DNA of 64,000 nt from a virus, in the IMG/VR virus record IMGVR_UViG_3300044632_002025. One strand, given 5' to 3'. A program made the position numbers and the translations under genes. Positions 23,395 to 33,246 of this stretch are shown here, piece by piece (the stretch's first letter is position 1; every line of letters starts with the position of its first letter). Below the pieces are notes generated by a model. That model was not told the origin of the DNA. It saw only the letters and a list, made by a program, of their open reading frames with translations, and ran no database searches.

Positions 23395-25247
23395 TGGGTG
23401 GTAAGACGCAAGCTGACGCATCCAATTTTGAAGATATTTATCCCTATGGGGTAGCCTTTGATGTATACATACAACCTCTGACTAATGAGGAAGGTGAACC
23501 AATAGCTTTTTCTGAGGGAAATTGGCAATTCTTAAAGACAATTTTTATTAGGGAGAAATCTGAGAATGCTAAACAGTTTAAGTTTGAGATTCGTAATCTC
23601 CCTTATGGTCGCTACTATGTTAAGTTAAAACCGTATACTACTGCCCCTAGTAGCACATCAAATACCATAAAATTAAGTTGTACGGGGGAAAATGCGGAAA
23701 TAACTACCCCTTACACTCTAAGAGGAAAAAATGTAGGCTTAAGGGGGGAGTTCTCATCGCAACCTTCTAACCAAGATATGGCAAAAACCATTAACTATGA
23801 TGAGGAAAAGAGAATAGTATCGTCAGAAAGTGGTGCGCCCATCCGAATTACCACTGTTTCAGAAGTTGTCATACCCTCTGAAATAAGTAAAATTGCTAAC
23901 TACAAGGGTGTAGCAATAGTGGGAGTGAAAATAAAGGCCTCTGACCGTATAAGTTCATCACCTGAAGTATCCTTCTTTGTCTCAGAAGGGAGAAAGATTC
24001 GTAATCATCTTCACTATGGGACTCAACAATCTCTGACCCCTTCAAATCAAATTACTGATACTACCGTAGACTATTCAGAAATCCCTGAGTTAACCATTGG
24101 TCAAACCAAAGTAAGAAACTTAGATACTAAACAAGAGGGTGGTGTTACAGCTTTATCTAATAACCGTATCACGGCGGGTATTACCCTAAACCCAAAAGAC
24201 CGCTATATTGTTTTTAATTATGCGGCTTCTAATTATTTCCCAGATATTTATGTGGATTGGCTAATTAACCCCGAAGGTGGTTTAGGTGCTGTTATTGATG
24301 GGGATGAGGACATTGATTACTCCTCAATTGTAGAGACTAGAAAATTTGTCCGAGAGAATGGATTCTTTTGGGACGGGGTTATCTCGGAAACAGAAAGTTT
24401 ATCTTCTAAAGTAACTCAAGAAGCTGGTCTATCCTTACTCTACCCTTATTCACCTAATGGGTTATTCGGATTGACTATGGAGAACGAGGATAGATTACCA
24501 ATAGCAGTTTTTAACTCATCTAACATCCTTAAAGATTCCTTTGAAGAAAGTGTTCTACCTTGGCAAGATACCAGCGTTAACCAAGTGATTGTGGTCTATA
24601 CGGATGGTACTGATAATCAACGCCCTGCTACCGCCGTTATAGCCCGTACACAAGAATTAGATAATGGCTGGGAAAAGTTAAACTCCATCACTATCCAAGC
24701 TCCTTCGATTACCAATCCTGAACAGGCTAAAACCGTGGCAGGGGTAACTCTTAACTCTAAACGATTACAAGACCGTAACATTCGATTTAGAACTGCCACT
24801 CAGGGTTTATTCTTATCCCCTGGTGAAGCCATTTTAGTTCAACATCAGACCACTGAATTTAGTTATGAACTGTCTGGTTATGTGACTGAGACGGAGGATT
24901 ATGATACCTTGGGGCAAACACAAAGAGTTCTTTTATCTCGTTACCCTTCACCATTTATAACTTCCGATTACCGTGCCACAATCCAACTCCAGACTACCGG
25001 TGAAGTTATCACTGATTTGCCATTTACTCTGGAACAAGTGGGTGGTAAAACTTATATGAATCTTAGTGAACTACCGTCGCCCGTATCCCTGTATGACCCT
25101 GTGGTTGTTGGTAGAGATATGATTGAAAATAAAGTTTATCGTATACAATCTCTTTCCATAAGTGAATCAGGAGAAATAAGTATCGATGCCGTAATTTGGT
25201 CGGATAAGCTTTTCGATTTCACTAATCTGGAGTTTATTTTCCAATGA
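23394..25247 (+). CDS. host-specificity (lambda J-like) central tail fibre protein, by position
   Basis: 617 aa, translationally coupled after the K/I-like genes. Confidence 0.45.
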   Translation: MGGKTQADASNFEDIYPYGVAFDVYIQPLTNEEGEPIAFSEGNWQFLKTIFIREKSENAKQFKFEIRNLPYGRYYVKLKPYTTAPSSTSNTIKLSCTGENAEITTPYTLRGKNVGLRGEFSSQPSNQDMAKTINYDEEKRIVSSESGAPIRITTVSEVVIPSEISKIANYKGVAIVGVKIKASDRISSSPEVSFFVSEGRKIRNHLHYGTQQSLTPSNQITDTTVDYSEIPELTIGQTKVRNLDTKQEGGVTALSNNRITAGITLNPKDRYIVFNYAASNYFPDIYVDWLINPEGGLGAVIDGDEDIDYSSIVETRKFVRENGFFWDGVISETESLSSKVTQEAGLSLLYPYSPNGLFGLTMENEDRLPIAVFNSSNILKDSFEESVLPWQDTSVNQVIVVYTDGTDNQRPATAVIARTQELDNGWEKLNSITIQAPSITNPEQAKTVAGVTLNSKRLQDRNIRFRTATQGLFLSPGEAILVQHQTTEFSYELSGYVTETEDYDTLGQTQRVLLSRYPSPFITSDYRATIQLQTTGEVITDLPFTLEQVGGKTYMNLSELPSPVSLYDPVVVGRDMIENKVYRIQSLSISESGEISIDAVIWSDKLFDFTNLEFIFQ

Positions 25248-25678
25248 GCAATCTTTCTTTTCCTGCTATAACTCCTGATTTTATGCGAGAGATTGAATTA
25301 CCTCCTTATGGTATCCATATAGTGACATTCCCTGATGGGGGGGAAGTTCGACAAGTCCTATCAGAGCAAAGCACAAAGTCCAAAGTCAAACTAGAGTTTA
25401 TTAACCGTAATGCTGTTGAAGTAGGAAATGTGTTAAACTTTTATAAGAATACCAGAGGTGTTTTTGGTAGTTTTACACTACCCCTATCTATTTGGCGACA
25501 CCCTCTAGTATTGACAAATGCCTATTCCAATCTCCTGAAAAATATTGTCTGGCGTTTTGACCGTCCAATTAGTATAAAAACCATTAGACAAGATGTATAC
25601 TCTTTTGATACCTACCTAATATCCGTATCGCCTGTAACACCGCCTAACCCCAATAGTTTCCCTGACCAAATTCTATGA
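25244..25678 (+). CDS. minor tail protein, shared N-terminal domain paralogue
   Basis: ATGA overlap. LPPYGIHI...VWRFDRPISIKT aligns with 20415. Confidence 0.5.
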   Translation: MSNLSFPAITPDFMREIELPPYGIHIVTFPDGGEVRQVLSEQSTKSKVKLEFINRNAVEVGNVLNFYKNTRGVFGSFTLPLSIWRHPLVLTNAYSNLLKNIVWRFDRPISIKTIRQDVYSFDTYLISVSPVTPPNPNSFPDQIL

Positions 25679-26985
25679 GTTTCCCTAACTTTCACCCTAC
25701 AAGAATTGAGGGCTTTACTCTCCCTGATTTCGGACTTCTAACCATTGAAGACCAAGCAGGGGAAGAGCGTAGAGCTATGCAATACACTGGTGGTAGGGAT
25801 GCTAAGTTGGACGTTTTTTTTGAAGGGCTTAATGAGTCTCAAATTCTTGAACTATTAGATTTCTATAAAAATATTTATAGCTCTGGGAGGGGGTTCGGTT
25901 TCCCCTCTAACTTTTTTGTCGGGCAAGAAATTTACTATGAGGCTTTGAAAAAATCTCTAGGTAAATTTTTACTTTATTTTACAAGCCCCCCCACTGTAAA
26001 AACTCTATACAGTGGTATCTACAGCATAAGAACACAACTAAAGGCCAGTAATGCCTTCATTTCTGCCCCCTCCAAAATATATGTCACGTTACAAACTCAA
26101 ACTTCTGTTAGTGCTATAGCCTCCACAACTTTTGTTGTTTGGAGTCAAGTGTCGGGTTCCCCTGTAACTTTCTCTGAACCTAACAGCTTAAACACTCTTG
26201 TGACTTCTCAAGGTGGTGTTTTTAACACTGTCAACGGACGGATTTTCTTAAAAATAGCATTGGTTGATAACCTTGATGTCTTCAGTCTTGTGGAGATAGT
26301 ACCTTCCCCAACCAGTTTCGATGTTTTAGGTGGTCTTAGCTTGTACCCCTCTGTCCCTGAACACCCCTCTAGCTTAAAGGTTTCCCCCCCTTTAATCTTT
26401 TCCCCCGCAGACTCCGAGGAAGCTTACTTCAAACGCAAAATAAATATTGACTCTGTTAGTTTTAGATGGTCTTTACCCGCTCAACCAGCTTTCTTAACCC
26501 ACTTTAATATTGAGGTTTATAACAAGCCTAATTGGGAATCTGTAGCTACTACCGAATCTAACTCTTATACTCTCCCCCCTAAAACTACTTTTCGTATAGT
26601 TTCTAGTTACAATATTGGCGGGCGTATCTTTTCCGTCCCCTCTGATATTTTCTATGTAGACCCCTTGATTCATCTTGATAGCTATGGTTATGGTTCAGAT
26701 ACAGTTAGCGAAATAAAAGTTATCCCTTCTTTCCTAGAGAGCCGAGTTTTAGATTTATTTAATACTCAAAAGTTTCCAGAGAGTTTTTGGGATACCACTA
26801 TAGGCTTTGTAGGCTCAAACCCTAATGAAAACCCTTTGCCTCTTTCCAACAGTTTCATCTTTGCTTATTCTCTTTCCAGTACCAACGACTCCCCCACTCA
26901 AAGTTCGTGGCACGCCCAAGTTTCTGTTATAGGCGGAATTAAATCTGTAACTGACTTAAATCTAGGTGGGGTAGTAATTGGCTAA
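25675..26985 (+). CDS. tail fibre protein with shared N-terminal domain
   Basis: ATGA overlap. The N-terminal 125 aa are paralogous to 18174, 20415 and 25244. Confidence 0.5.
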   Translation: MSFPNFHPTRIEGFTLPDFGLLTIEDQAGEERRAMQYTGGRDAKLDVFFEGLNESQILELLDFYKNIYSSGRGFGFPSNFFVGQEIYYEALKKSLGKFLLYFTSPPTVKTLYSGIYSIRTQLKASNAFISAPSKIYVTLQTQTSVSAIASTTFVVWSQVSGSPVTFSEPNSLNTLVTSQGGVFNTVNGRIFLKIALVDNLDVFSLVEIVPSPTSFDVLGGLSLYPSVPEHPSSLKVSPPLIFSPADSEEAYFKRKINIDSVSFRWSLPAQPAFLTHFNIEVYNKPNWESVATTESNSYTLPPKTTFRIVSSYNIGGRIFSVPSDIFYVDPLIHLDSYGYGSDTVSEIKVIPSFLESRVLDLFNTQKFPESFWDTTIGFVGSNPNENPLPLSNSFIFAYSLSSTNDSPTQSSWHAQVSVIGGIKSVTDLNLGGVVIG

Positions 26986-29654
26986 TGTTTAAAGCTATTG
27001 GTGAAGTAAGACTCGTTATTACAGACACTCAAACGGGTCAACAAAAAGAAATTATAAAGAATAATACCTTCACTGAACGAGGGTATCAGGCGGCCATGAA
27101 CTTGAATGGGTCTGTTTCAGGTCTAAAACAATCCCCATTTTCTAACCCCCAGAATATGGTAATTTCTACTTCCAGTGCTACCCCTAATCGGTATACTATT
27201 TCTGTTCCAGATATTATTGATGAGTGTCAAGACCCTTCTGGTGCTTCCGGGACAACCTGGGTAGAAGCTACAGAAGATACACCGATGTACGGTGAATTAA
27301 GGGGTAGATTAACCTTTACAGGGGCAAATCGTACTTTTCAAACTGTCGCTATAGTAGATAAGGGTTCGGGTGCGGCGGGTGTTGGTTTTACGACTGCCAA
27401 TGCCTACGCTTACGTTAGATTTGAGTCCCCAGTCACTCAAGCCTCCTTTGAAACCATCGACATTTTTTATCGGGTCTACTTTATTAACAGCCCTGGGTTT
27501 GGTCTACCACTAGGGGGAGACTTTGTAAGACATCTCGGACGGCGTTTATTCGGTTTTGAGTCTATTGCCGAATTGATTGGAAGTAGCTCAGGCTCAGAGG
27601 AAAAACCTGGTCAGTATCCTAGTCTTACTAGCGTCCCTAATCCTGATAGTTATAACTTTTTTGCCGTAAGAGATACACTAGAAACCAACGTCTCAGCACA
27701 ACCTATTAATAACGGTAGTTCTGGTTTGGCCACTTGGAGATATAATGAAAGCACTTCCCCTAGCCTTAGTTTTACCTTTGGTGGAACTTCCATAGGTCTA
27801 GATGCTTTCACTGGACGGGTTCTCAATTCTTTAGCTTTCGGGGTTATTCCTAGTAATAATAATCGGTGTATATCTGCTTTCCGCTTTGCTGACCCTAATC
27901 GAAGCCCTATTCAAACCTCTTGGGGTAAAAGAAATGGCGCACCTTCAGCTTTTTACGATGCTTCCTGGAGTGCCAACGGGACTGGTAGGGTTATCCCTTC
28001 TGGTTCTTGGACGGGTTTTTACCCAGATATGTACCGTGTTCGCATTGTGGATTCTGGTAATGTGGGTTCAGCAACTTATAAGTTAGAACGTCAAAGATTT
28101 ACTCACTACAACGGAAATTCTTGGGGACAAATTACTGACACCCCGCCCCATCTCTCACGGGGTAATACTGCTATCCCCTTTCCAGATTCACACGGACATC
28201 AAGATTTTCTTAATTACAAGGCTTTTTCAGAACGTAAGCTAATACGTTGGGATGCTACAGGTGTAGTCCTAATTGATATTTTCAATGGGGAATATAAGGT
28301 TTTTGATGCTGATAATGACCTGACAGTTTCCAACGCTAATTTGCCAGTTACAAATATCAAACAGGTAGAAGTTGTTAATGGTCTCATCTATGTTGCTTGC
28401 TCTAACACGGGACTTTGGAGAATTAACCCTGCTGGTGGTACAAATTCTATAACTTTACTATTGAATGAATCCGTCCACGGAGTTACCAGTATTTATTACC
28501 AAACTGGTTTAATTATTGTTGCTGTCACATCTAACGGATTTAGATGTTCCGATAATTGGTCTACTCTGTTCACCCCTTCTTCTACTTGGATTACTGATTT
28601 AGGTTTCTTTAGAGCTAAAGTAATTGTAGGTTGTAAGTCGGCTAATCGTCCTAATGGTGAATTGGCTCTCTACCTTACTAATGGTTCCGACCGTAGGATT
28701 GTTTGGTGGTCACGGACTATTGCTAATGGTAACGCTATTGACGCATTTTCTTCAGGGGGTTTATTTGATTTAGAAAATACTATTCAATGCTCTACTTTTG
28801 GTGATTTTTGGCTTGCATCTTCCGCTAATAACAATACCAGGACTATGACGTTTGGTTCTACCAATAATCCTGTACTAGGTGGAGTTAATATTCATTACAT
28901 GGACAATAATATCCCTGTTTTAGGGTTTTTTGATGAAAAAAATTCATATTATTTTTCTGCCCATTACAGTAATGCTTATGATGTTTTAATAAACGGTTCG
29001 GTTACGAGAGTTGAGGCTGTCAGTCCTTCCTACCCAAGCAATTCACCCCGTCCCCCTGGTACTCTTGTTTATCTGGGTAGAAATTTAGTATTTTCTTTTG
29101 GTAGTATTTATACTTGCTCGTATGGGTGGGAAGAATGGGGCTGGGACGGCTCTACCTGGGTTGAGGGTCATTCAGGCTCTAAACTTACCCATAGCGGCTC
29201 TCAAGCCATTTTAGATGGTCTTTCTGTTCGATTTGAGAATGGTTCGGCTGGTACTGCTTTTACCACCACTGATTTCTACACAGTTCCCGTTTGTTACGGG
29301 GTTTTAGGGGATAACGCCCGCTATGTGGACAGTTTCATCACAATTACTGCCTCTAATGTAACCTATCAGTCCAACATAGGAAGTTTAACTGTACCATCTT
29401 CCCCCCCATATAGTCTCCCTTTACCAGCCTCTACAAATTCAAATTTTGCTGGTTTAATCGGTTCTGATGTAAATTCCATTTCCGTTTCTCTTAATGGTAC
29501 ACCCGTTCCTAATTCTAACTTACTTTTTAATGGGGCTACCCCTCCTGAAGGCGGTTTAATCTCCTTCAACAACACCACTGGGACTGCCTTTTTCCATCCT
29601 TCCGATGCTGGAAAAACTTTCTCTGGTTATTACTCGTATTTGACCTCTGGTTAG
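26985..29654 (+). CDS. large tail fibre/receptor-binding protein (889 aa)
   Basis: Last large gene of the coupled tail block. Gly/Ser/Thr/Asn-rich. Confidence 0.45.
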   Translation: MFKAIGEVRLVITDTQTGQQKEIIKNNTFTERGYQAAMNLNGSVSGLKQSPFSNPQNMVISTSSATPNRYTISVPDIIDECQDPSGASGTTWVEATEDTPMYGELRGRLTFTGANRTFQTVAIVDKGSGAAGVGFTTANAYAYVRFESPVTQASFETIDIFYRVYFINSPGFGLPLGGDFVRHLGRRLFGFESIAELIGSSSGSEEKPGQYPSLTSVPNPDSYNFFAVRDTLETNVSAQPINNGSSGLATWRYNESTSPSLSFTFGGTSIGLDAFTGRVLNSLAFGVIPSNNNRCISAFRFADPNRSPIQTSWGKRNGAPSAFYDASWSANGTGRVIPSGSWTGFYPDMYRVRIVDSGNVGSATYKLERQRFTHYNGNSWGQITDTPPHLSRGNTAIPFPDSHGHQDFLNYKAFSERKLIRWDATGVVLIDIFNGEYKVFDADNDLTVSNANLPVTNIKQVEVVNGLIYVACSNTGLWRINPAGGTNSITLLLNESVHGVTSIYYQTGLIIVAVTSNGFRCSDNWSTLFTPSSTWITDLGFFRAKVIVGCKSANRPNGELALYLTNGSDRRIVWWSRTIANGNAIDAFSSGGLFDLENTIQCSTFGDFWLASSANNNTRTMTFGSTNNPVLGGVNIHYMDNNIPVLGFFDEKNSYYFSAHYSNAYDVLINGSVTRVEAVSPSYPSNSPRPPGTLVYLGRNLVFSFGSIYTCSYGWEEWGWDGSTWVEGHSGSKLTHSGSQAILDGLSVRFENGSAGTAFTTTDFYTVPVCYGVLGDNARYVDSFITITASNVTYQSNIGSLTVPSSPPYSLPLPASTNSNFAGLIGSDVNSISVSLNGTPVPNSNLLFNGATPPEGGLISFNNTTGTAFFHPSDAGKTFSGYYSYLTSG

Positions 29655-29668
29655 ACAATAACGCCCAA
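29651..29668 (+). promoter_or_regulatory. start-associated motif TTAGACAATAACGCCCAA
   Basis: 24 nt upstream of ATG 29692. Confidence 0.55.
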
Positions 29669-29691
29669 TCTGATGACAGCAGGAGGTTTTT

Positions 29692-30123
29692 ATGAGTTTA
29701 AATTTAAATGACTTAGGATTAGTTGATGTAGTTAGAGAAATTGTCGATAGTTTACAGGCGGGTGTGGTACACATTGTTCGTCCTTCGAGTATTGCCTCTA
29801 ACCCCTTTGAGAGTTCGGATAACACTCCCCTTTTAGTAGGGTCTTTCCCTTTAATATCTTTTAAGGATGGTACAATCCATGAAAGACTTCAATTTAGCTC
29901 CAATGCTTCTGGTATTTTCAGGTTTAAAATGGCTATTCCTAATGCAGAGGTCTTAGTTGGGGATTACGCATTTATTAATTGGTCTGAAGGTGTCCGTATT
30001 ATTCCTGCTGTTGTAAAAGAAGTTAATTACAATTTATCTGCATTATCTCCAGTTACGGTTAATTCTAATGAGGGTGTTCCTTATACTTGGACACAGGTTC
30101 AGGAGTTATTAGCCGATGATTAG
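29692..30123 (+). CDS. hypothetical structural-module protein
   Basis: Intact ORF. Confidence 0.4.
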   Translation: MSLNLNDLGLVDVVREIVDSLQAGVVHIVRPSSIASNPFESSDNTPLLVGSFPLISFKDGTIHERLQFSSNASGIFRFKMAIPNAEVLVGDYAFINWSEGVRIIPAVVKEVNYNLSALSPVTVNSNEGVPYTWTQVQELLADD

Positions 30124-30340
30124 AAGAAATAATTCAGAACTTAATAGGTTTAAACAAGATGTGCGTGTTAATCTCTTGGAAAAAGCCGAAATGGTTGCCC
30201 AAAGAACTGAGGGCGTTACTGTTTCTGTATCAAATGATACTATCTTTCTTTCTAGCGAGACTTCTATTCCGGAAGAAATTCTAGACCCAAAAATGCGCCC
30301 CCTTTCAGATGAACTTAAGAAGGAAATTGGAGGCTTTTAA
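30116..30340 (+). CDS. hypothetical protein
   Basis: Intact ORF overlapping its neighbours. Confidence 0.35.
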   Translation: MIRRNNSELNRFKQDVRVNLLEKAEMVAQRTEGVTVSVSNDTIFLSSETSIPEEILDPKMRPLSDELKKEIGGF

Positions 30341-30819
30341 TGTTAAGTATTGTTAAGCTAGAATCGGCTATTTTCACCCTATTAACCTCCAAATTTCCTC
30401 CTTCTTCAGGGATTACTTTTTCTAGTAATTATCCTCGAAGCCAAAAAGAACTCACACAAAATAAAACAATTGTCTGTATTAGTTCTATTTCCGATTCTGT
30501 GGAAGGTAAGATTATTACCAGAGAATTACTTCATCCTTTAGTTTCTTTAGCCATCTTTAGTATCGATTATTTCCGAAATAGACAAGTCCAAGAACTACTT
30601 ATTTCTACTTTAGACTCTAGTAGTCCTTTTGAACTTATAATGCCCAATCAACAGGCTTTTCACTGGTTTTGTGAGAGACGTTTACCCCCCACGTTTACTC
30701 CTTCCTTAGAAATTTACTCTGGGGCTGTAGATTATCGGATTTTGCTTAGAGACTCCCCACCCCTGAACCGTAATTTCCAACCGTTGAGCATTAATTTAAG
30801 CTTGCCAATCGTTCAATAA
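30340..30819 (+). CDS. hypothetical structural-module protein
   Basis: Intact ORF with TAATG coupling. Confidence 0.4.
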   Translation: MLSIVKLESAIFTLLTSKFPPSSGITFSSNYPRSQKELTQNKTIVCISSISDSVEGKIITRELLHPLVSLAIFSIDYFRNRQVQELLISTLDSSSPFELIMPNQQAFHWFCERRLPPTFTPSLEIYSGAVDYRILLRDSPPLNRNFQPLSINLSLPIVQ

Positions 30820-30825
30820 ATTCCC

Positions 30826-30835
30826 TAACGCCCAA
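30826..30835 (+). promoter_or_regulatory. start-associated motif core TAACGCCCAA
   Basis: 38 nt upstream of ATG 30873. Confidence 0.45.
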
Positions 30836-30872
30836 TTTCATACTTGAAATCTCTATATTTGAGGCTACTTTA

Positions 30873-31514
30873 ATGGCAAAACGTGCCGGCCCTGCGCTAA
30901 TCGAAATCGGTGAAGGTGCTTCCAAGATTACTTTGACTAATGATGACCAGCTTAATGATGCGGTTATCATGATTGAACGGGATGAGTTCCAACTTAAATC
31001 TCAAATTTCCTCCAAACCAGTTGGATACATTAAGGTGGGTATCGAAACAAAGCTAGAAATCTCGATTGCGGAGATTGATGCCGCTCAAATCGCTTTACTA
31101 TTCGGCACTCCCCTTGTTACTGCTACTGACACGGTTAACTCTGTTAACTACACTATGACCAAAACGGAAGTTACTGACCAAGCTGGTCAGCTTATCACCG
31201 GTCAAAAAGTAGTTATCAAACCCTACCCTATTGTAGCTGACCCTGGCACTACTGCTCCTACTACCACTACCTATAACGGTAAAACTTATGCGACGATTCA
31301 GTTAGCTGAAGACGCTTTTGATGCTGATGTTGCTCTTTTTAAAGCATGGGAAAATACAGTAATTACTTTCCCCAACGGTGCGCTCACATCTATTAATGGG
31401 TCTCGTTTATCGATGGGTTTACAGACGCAACAAGAATTAAAAATTACAATCACCGGACTCCCTGACCCATTAACAGGGGTGAGAATGATTTACGGTGACG
31501 CAAGTATCGTATAA
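30873..31514 (+). CDS. possible major tail (tube) protein
   Basis: 213 aa with its own motif and a strong terminator. No motif proof. Confidence 0.35.
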   Translation: MAKRAGPALIEIGEGASKITLTNDDQLNDAVIMIERDEFQLKSQISSKPVGYIKVGIETKLEISIAEIDAAQIALLFGTPLVTATDTVNSVNYTMTKTEVTDQAGQLITGQKVVIKPYPIVADPGTTAPTTTTYNGKTYATIQLAEDAFDADVALFKAWENTVITFPNGALTSINGSRLSMGLQTQQELKITITGLPDPLTGVRMIYGDASIV

Positions 31515-31545
31515 ATACTTAGCCGCTTAGAGCTAATTGCAACCA

Positions 31546-32694
31546 CTAAACCCCCTGCTCTGCGGGGGGTTTTTGTTTTGGCTGTTCCCCCACTGGAATA
31601 GTCAAAGCATCTTCCACACTCCAGCCTTTTTTAAGCCTGTGTCTTAATGTGTGCGGTTTCATACCTAACTCTCTCGCCCAGCAAGAAACAGTCTGAATCT
31701 TCCCATTAAATTCTACCATGTTTAGGTGGTCATTTACGGGGGTTTCAAAGGCTTTCTCTACTGACCAACCGTACTTGTTTAATCTAACACTGAGGGTTGA
31801 TGATTGCAAACCTAATTCTTTAGCCCATTCCCCTAAACTTTGACTTCTACCCTGATATTCAATCTGGGGGATATAATCACCAGACGGGGTAGTTAATGCT
31901 TTATCCACGCTCCAACCCAAGTCTATTATGCGTGAACGAACACAACCTTCATCGAGTCCCATTCGTTCTGCCCAATGTCTTAGCGGCAAAATCTCCCCCC
32001 TGAAAGTTAGTAGACGATTGTTTCTTTTGTTAGCGGCTTGTTCTTCTAGCGGAATCCATTTGCAATTTTCAGGACAATAATCACCGTTAACATCAATTCT
32101 TTCAATAGAGTATCCTTCAGGACATTCACCCATATCTTCTAGGAAGTTTTCAAAAGAATTTAACCAACGGTCACACACTTTAATCCCTCTTTTCACATAA
32201 CCCCCATTAGGGTCTTGATTAGAATTAGTGCATCTGGCTTTCATTGAACGCCATTTAATATATGTCGGGGACTCCCCAATTTTAGGACTATGCCCATGCT
32301 TGGTTTTAGTTTCTATAACTCTTTCTAAGTTGTAGCAACCGCAGGAAGTAGTTTGACCCTTTCTCAAGTTACTACCTCTAACTGTAGTTTTATTTCCACA
32401 ATCACAAACGCAATCCCACATAACCTGTCTGAAGTTATCTCTTTCCGGGTTCTCGCCCGTGACTGTTAATCTACCAAATTTCTGCCCTAACAAATCCTTT
32501 TTGCTAATTACTTCTTGTAGTTTGCACCCGCAGGAATTAGTGTGTCCACCTGTCAAACAGCTACTTACTGTAGTTTTGGTTCCGCCACAGTCACAAACAC
32601 AGTCCCATTGAATTTGACTATTTTTTCTAACTGGGTTTTCTCCCACTACCGTCAGTTTTCCAAATCTTTGTCCCAGTAAATCTCTCTTAGGCAT
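31546..32694 (-). CDS. HNH-type (homing-like) endonuclease with duplicated Cys-rich N-terminal units and three C-terminal DNA-binding repeats
   Basis: GYSIERIDVNGDYCPENCKWIPLEEQAANKRNN. Two LLGQ.FG.LTV.GENP...WDCVCDCG units. Three ...WA.E.G......R....GWS.E.A...P repeats. Confidence 0.55.
   Translation of the reverse strand: MPKRDLLGQRFGKLTVVGENPVRKNSQIQWDCVCDCGGTKTTVSSCLTGGHTNSCGCKLQEVISKKDLLGQKFGRLTVTGENPERDNFRQVMWDCVCDCGNKTTVRGSNLRKGQTTSCGCYNLERVIETKTKHGHSPKIGESPTYIKWRSMKARCTNSNQDPNGGYVKRGIKVCDRWLNSFENFLEDMGECPEGYSIERIDVNGDYCPENCKWIPLEEQAANKRNNRLLTFRGEILPLRHWAERMGLDEGCVRSRIIDLGWSVDKALTTPSGDYIPQIEYQGRSQSLGEWAKELGLQSSTLSVRLNKYGWSVEKAFETPVNDHLNMVEFNGKIQTVSCWARELGMKPHTLRHRLKKGWSVEDALTIPVGEQPKQKPPAEQGV
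31551..31575 (+). terminator. rho-independent terminator CCCCC-tgctctgc-GGGGGG-TTTTT
   Basis: Overlaps the 3' end of the convergent HNH gene. Confidence 0.65.
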
Positions 32695-32744
32695 AAAAGC
32701 TCCTTTAACTCTATTTCTACATCATAAACCCTTACCCGTCTTTT

Positions 32745-32759
32745 GTCAATAACGCTCAA
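32745..32759 (+). promoter_or_regulatory. start-associated motif variant GTCAATAACGCTCAA
   Basis: 35 nt upstream of a 23-codon ORF. Confidence 0.35.
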
Positions 32760-32793
32760 ACTAAAATAGGACACTTTTATATTTTAACTTGGC

Positions 32794-32865
32794 ATGAAAA
32801 AAAGTTCTGGCTGTAAGAAACCCAAAATGCCTAAGCCCAAACCCCTAAAACCTAAAAAGGCTTAG
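32794..32865 (+). CDS. possible 23-aa Lys/Pro-rich peptide (MKKSSGCKKPKMPKPKPLKPKKA)
   Basis: Motif upstream and a bidirectional terminator downstream. Too short to be sure. Confidence 0.2.
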   Translation: MKKSSGCKKPKMPKPKPLKPKKA

Positions 32866-32872
32866 TCTCCCC

Positions 32873-32898
32873 AAAAAAACCCCATTAACTGGGGTTTT
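32873..32898. terminator. bidirectional terminator AAAACCCC-attaact-GGGGTTTT
   Basis: 8-bp stem flanked by A-run and T-run. Confidence 0.6.
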
Positions 32899-32905
32899 GC
32901 AGTAT

Positions 32906-33169
32906 CTAGGCTTGGTCTCCCAATCTGCCAAATTTAATTGCTTTCCCTTTTGACTGGGGTTTACTGGTGTTTTCACTATACTTGGGGGTATAGGCTTTTG
33001 AGGCTCCTTTGTCTCTAAAAGTCCCGTCCTCGTTACGAAGGACTAACCATTCTTTAAACGTCCTCCAAACACTAAATTTCCCAAAGGCTTTTTGTTTATA
33101 CGCCCCCCCTACAGTTTTTACTTTGTCTTGAACTGCTGACCCCTTTCTTTTATTATTTCGTTTCTTCAT
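32906..33169 (-). CDS. hypothetical basic protein (87 aa)
   Basis: Intact ORF with the start-associated motif upstream. Confidence 0.4.
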   Translation of the reverse strand: MKKRNNKRKGSAVQDKVKTVGGAYKQKAFGKFSVWRTFKEWLVLRNEDGTFRDKGASKAYTPKYSENTSKPQSKGKAIKFGRLGDQA

Positions 33170-33200
33170 TAAAAGTTTTAACCCAAGCTCTAATTTGGGC

Positions 33201-33218
33201 TTGGGCGTTATTGTCTAA
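33201..33218 (-). promoter_or_regulatory. start-associated motif TTAGACAATAACGCCCAA (minus strand)
   Basis: 32 nt upstream of ATG 33169. Confidence 0.55.
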
Positions 33219-33246
33219 GTACATATTTGTTTAAAAACGCTCATAT

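Noticed and set aside
27886-28086. Plus-strand 66-aa ORF in an alternative frame of the 889-aa fibre gene. The 62794-63033(-) ORF inside the methyltransferase is similar.
   Set aside because: They are nested in supported genes, with no independent signals.
18174-29654. Diversity-generating retroelement targeting the tail fibres
   Set aside because: There is no reverse transcriptase gene in the window, and I could not find a template/variable repeat pair by eye.
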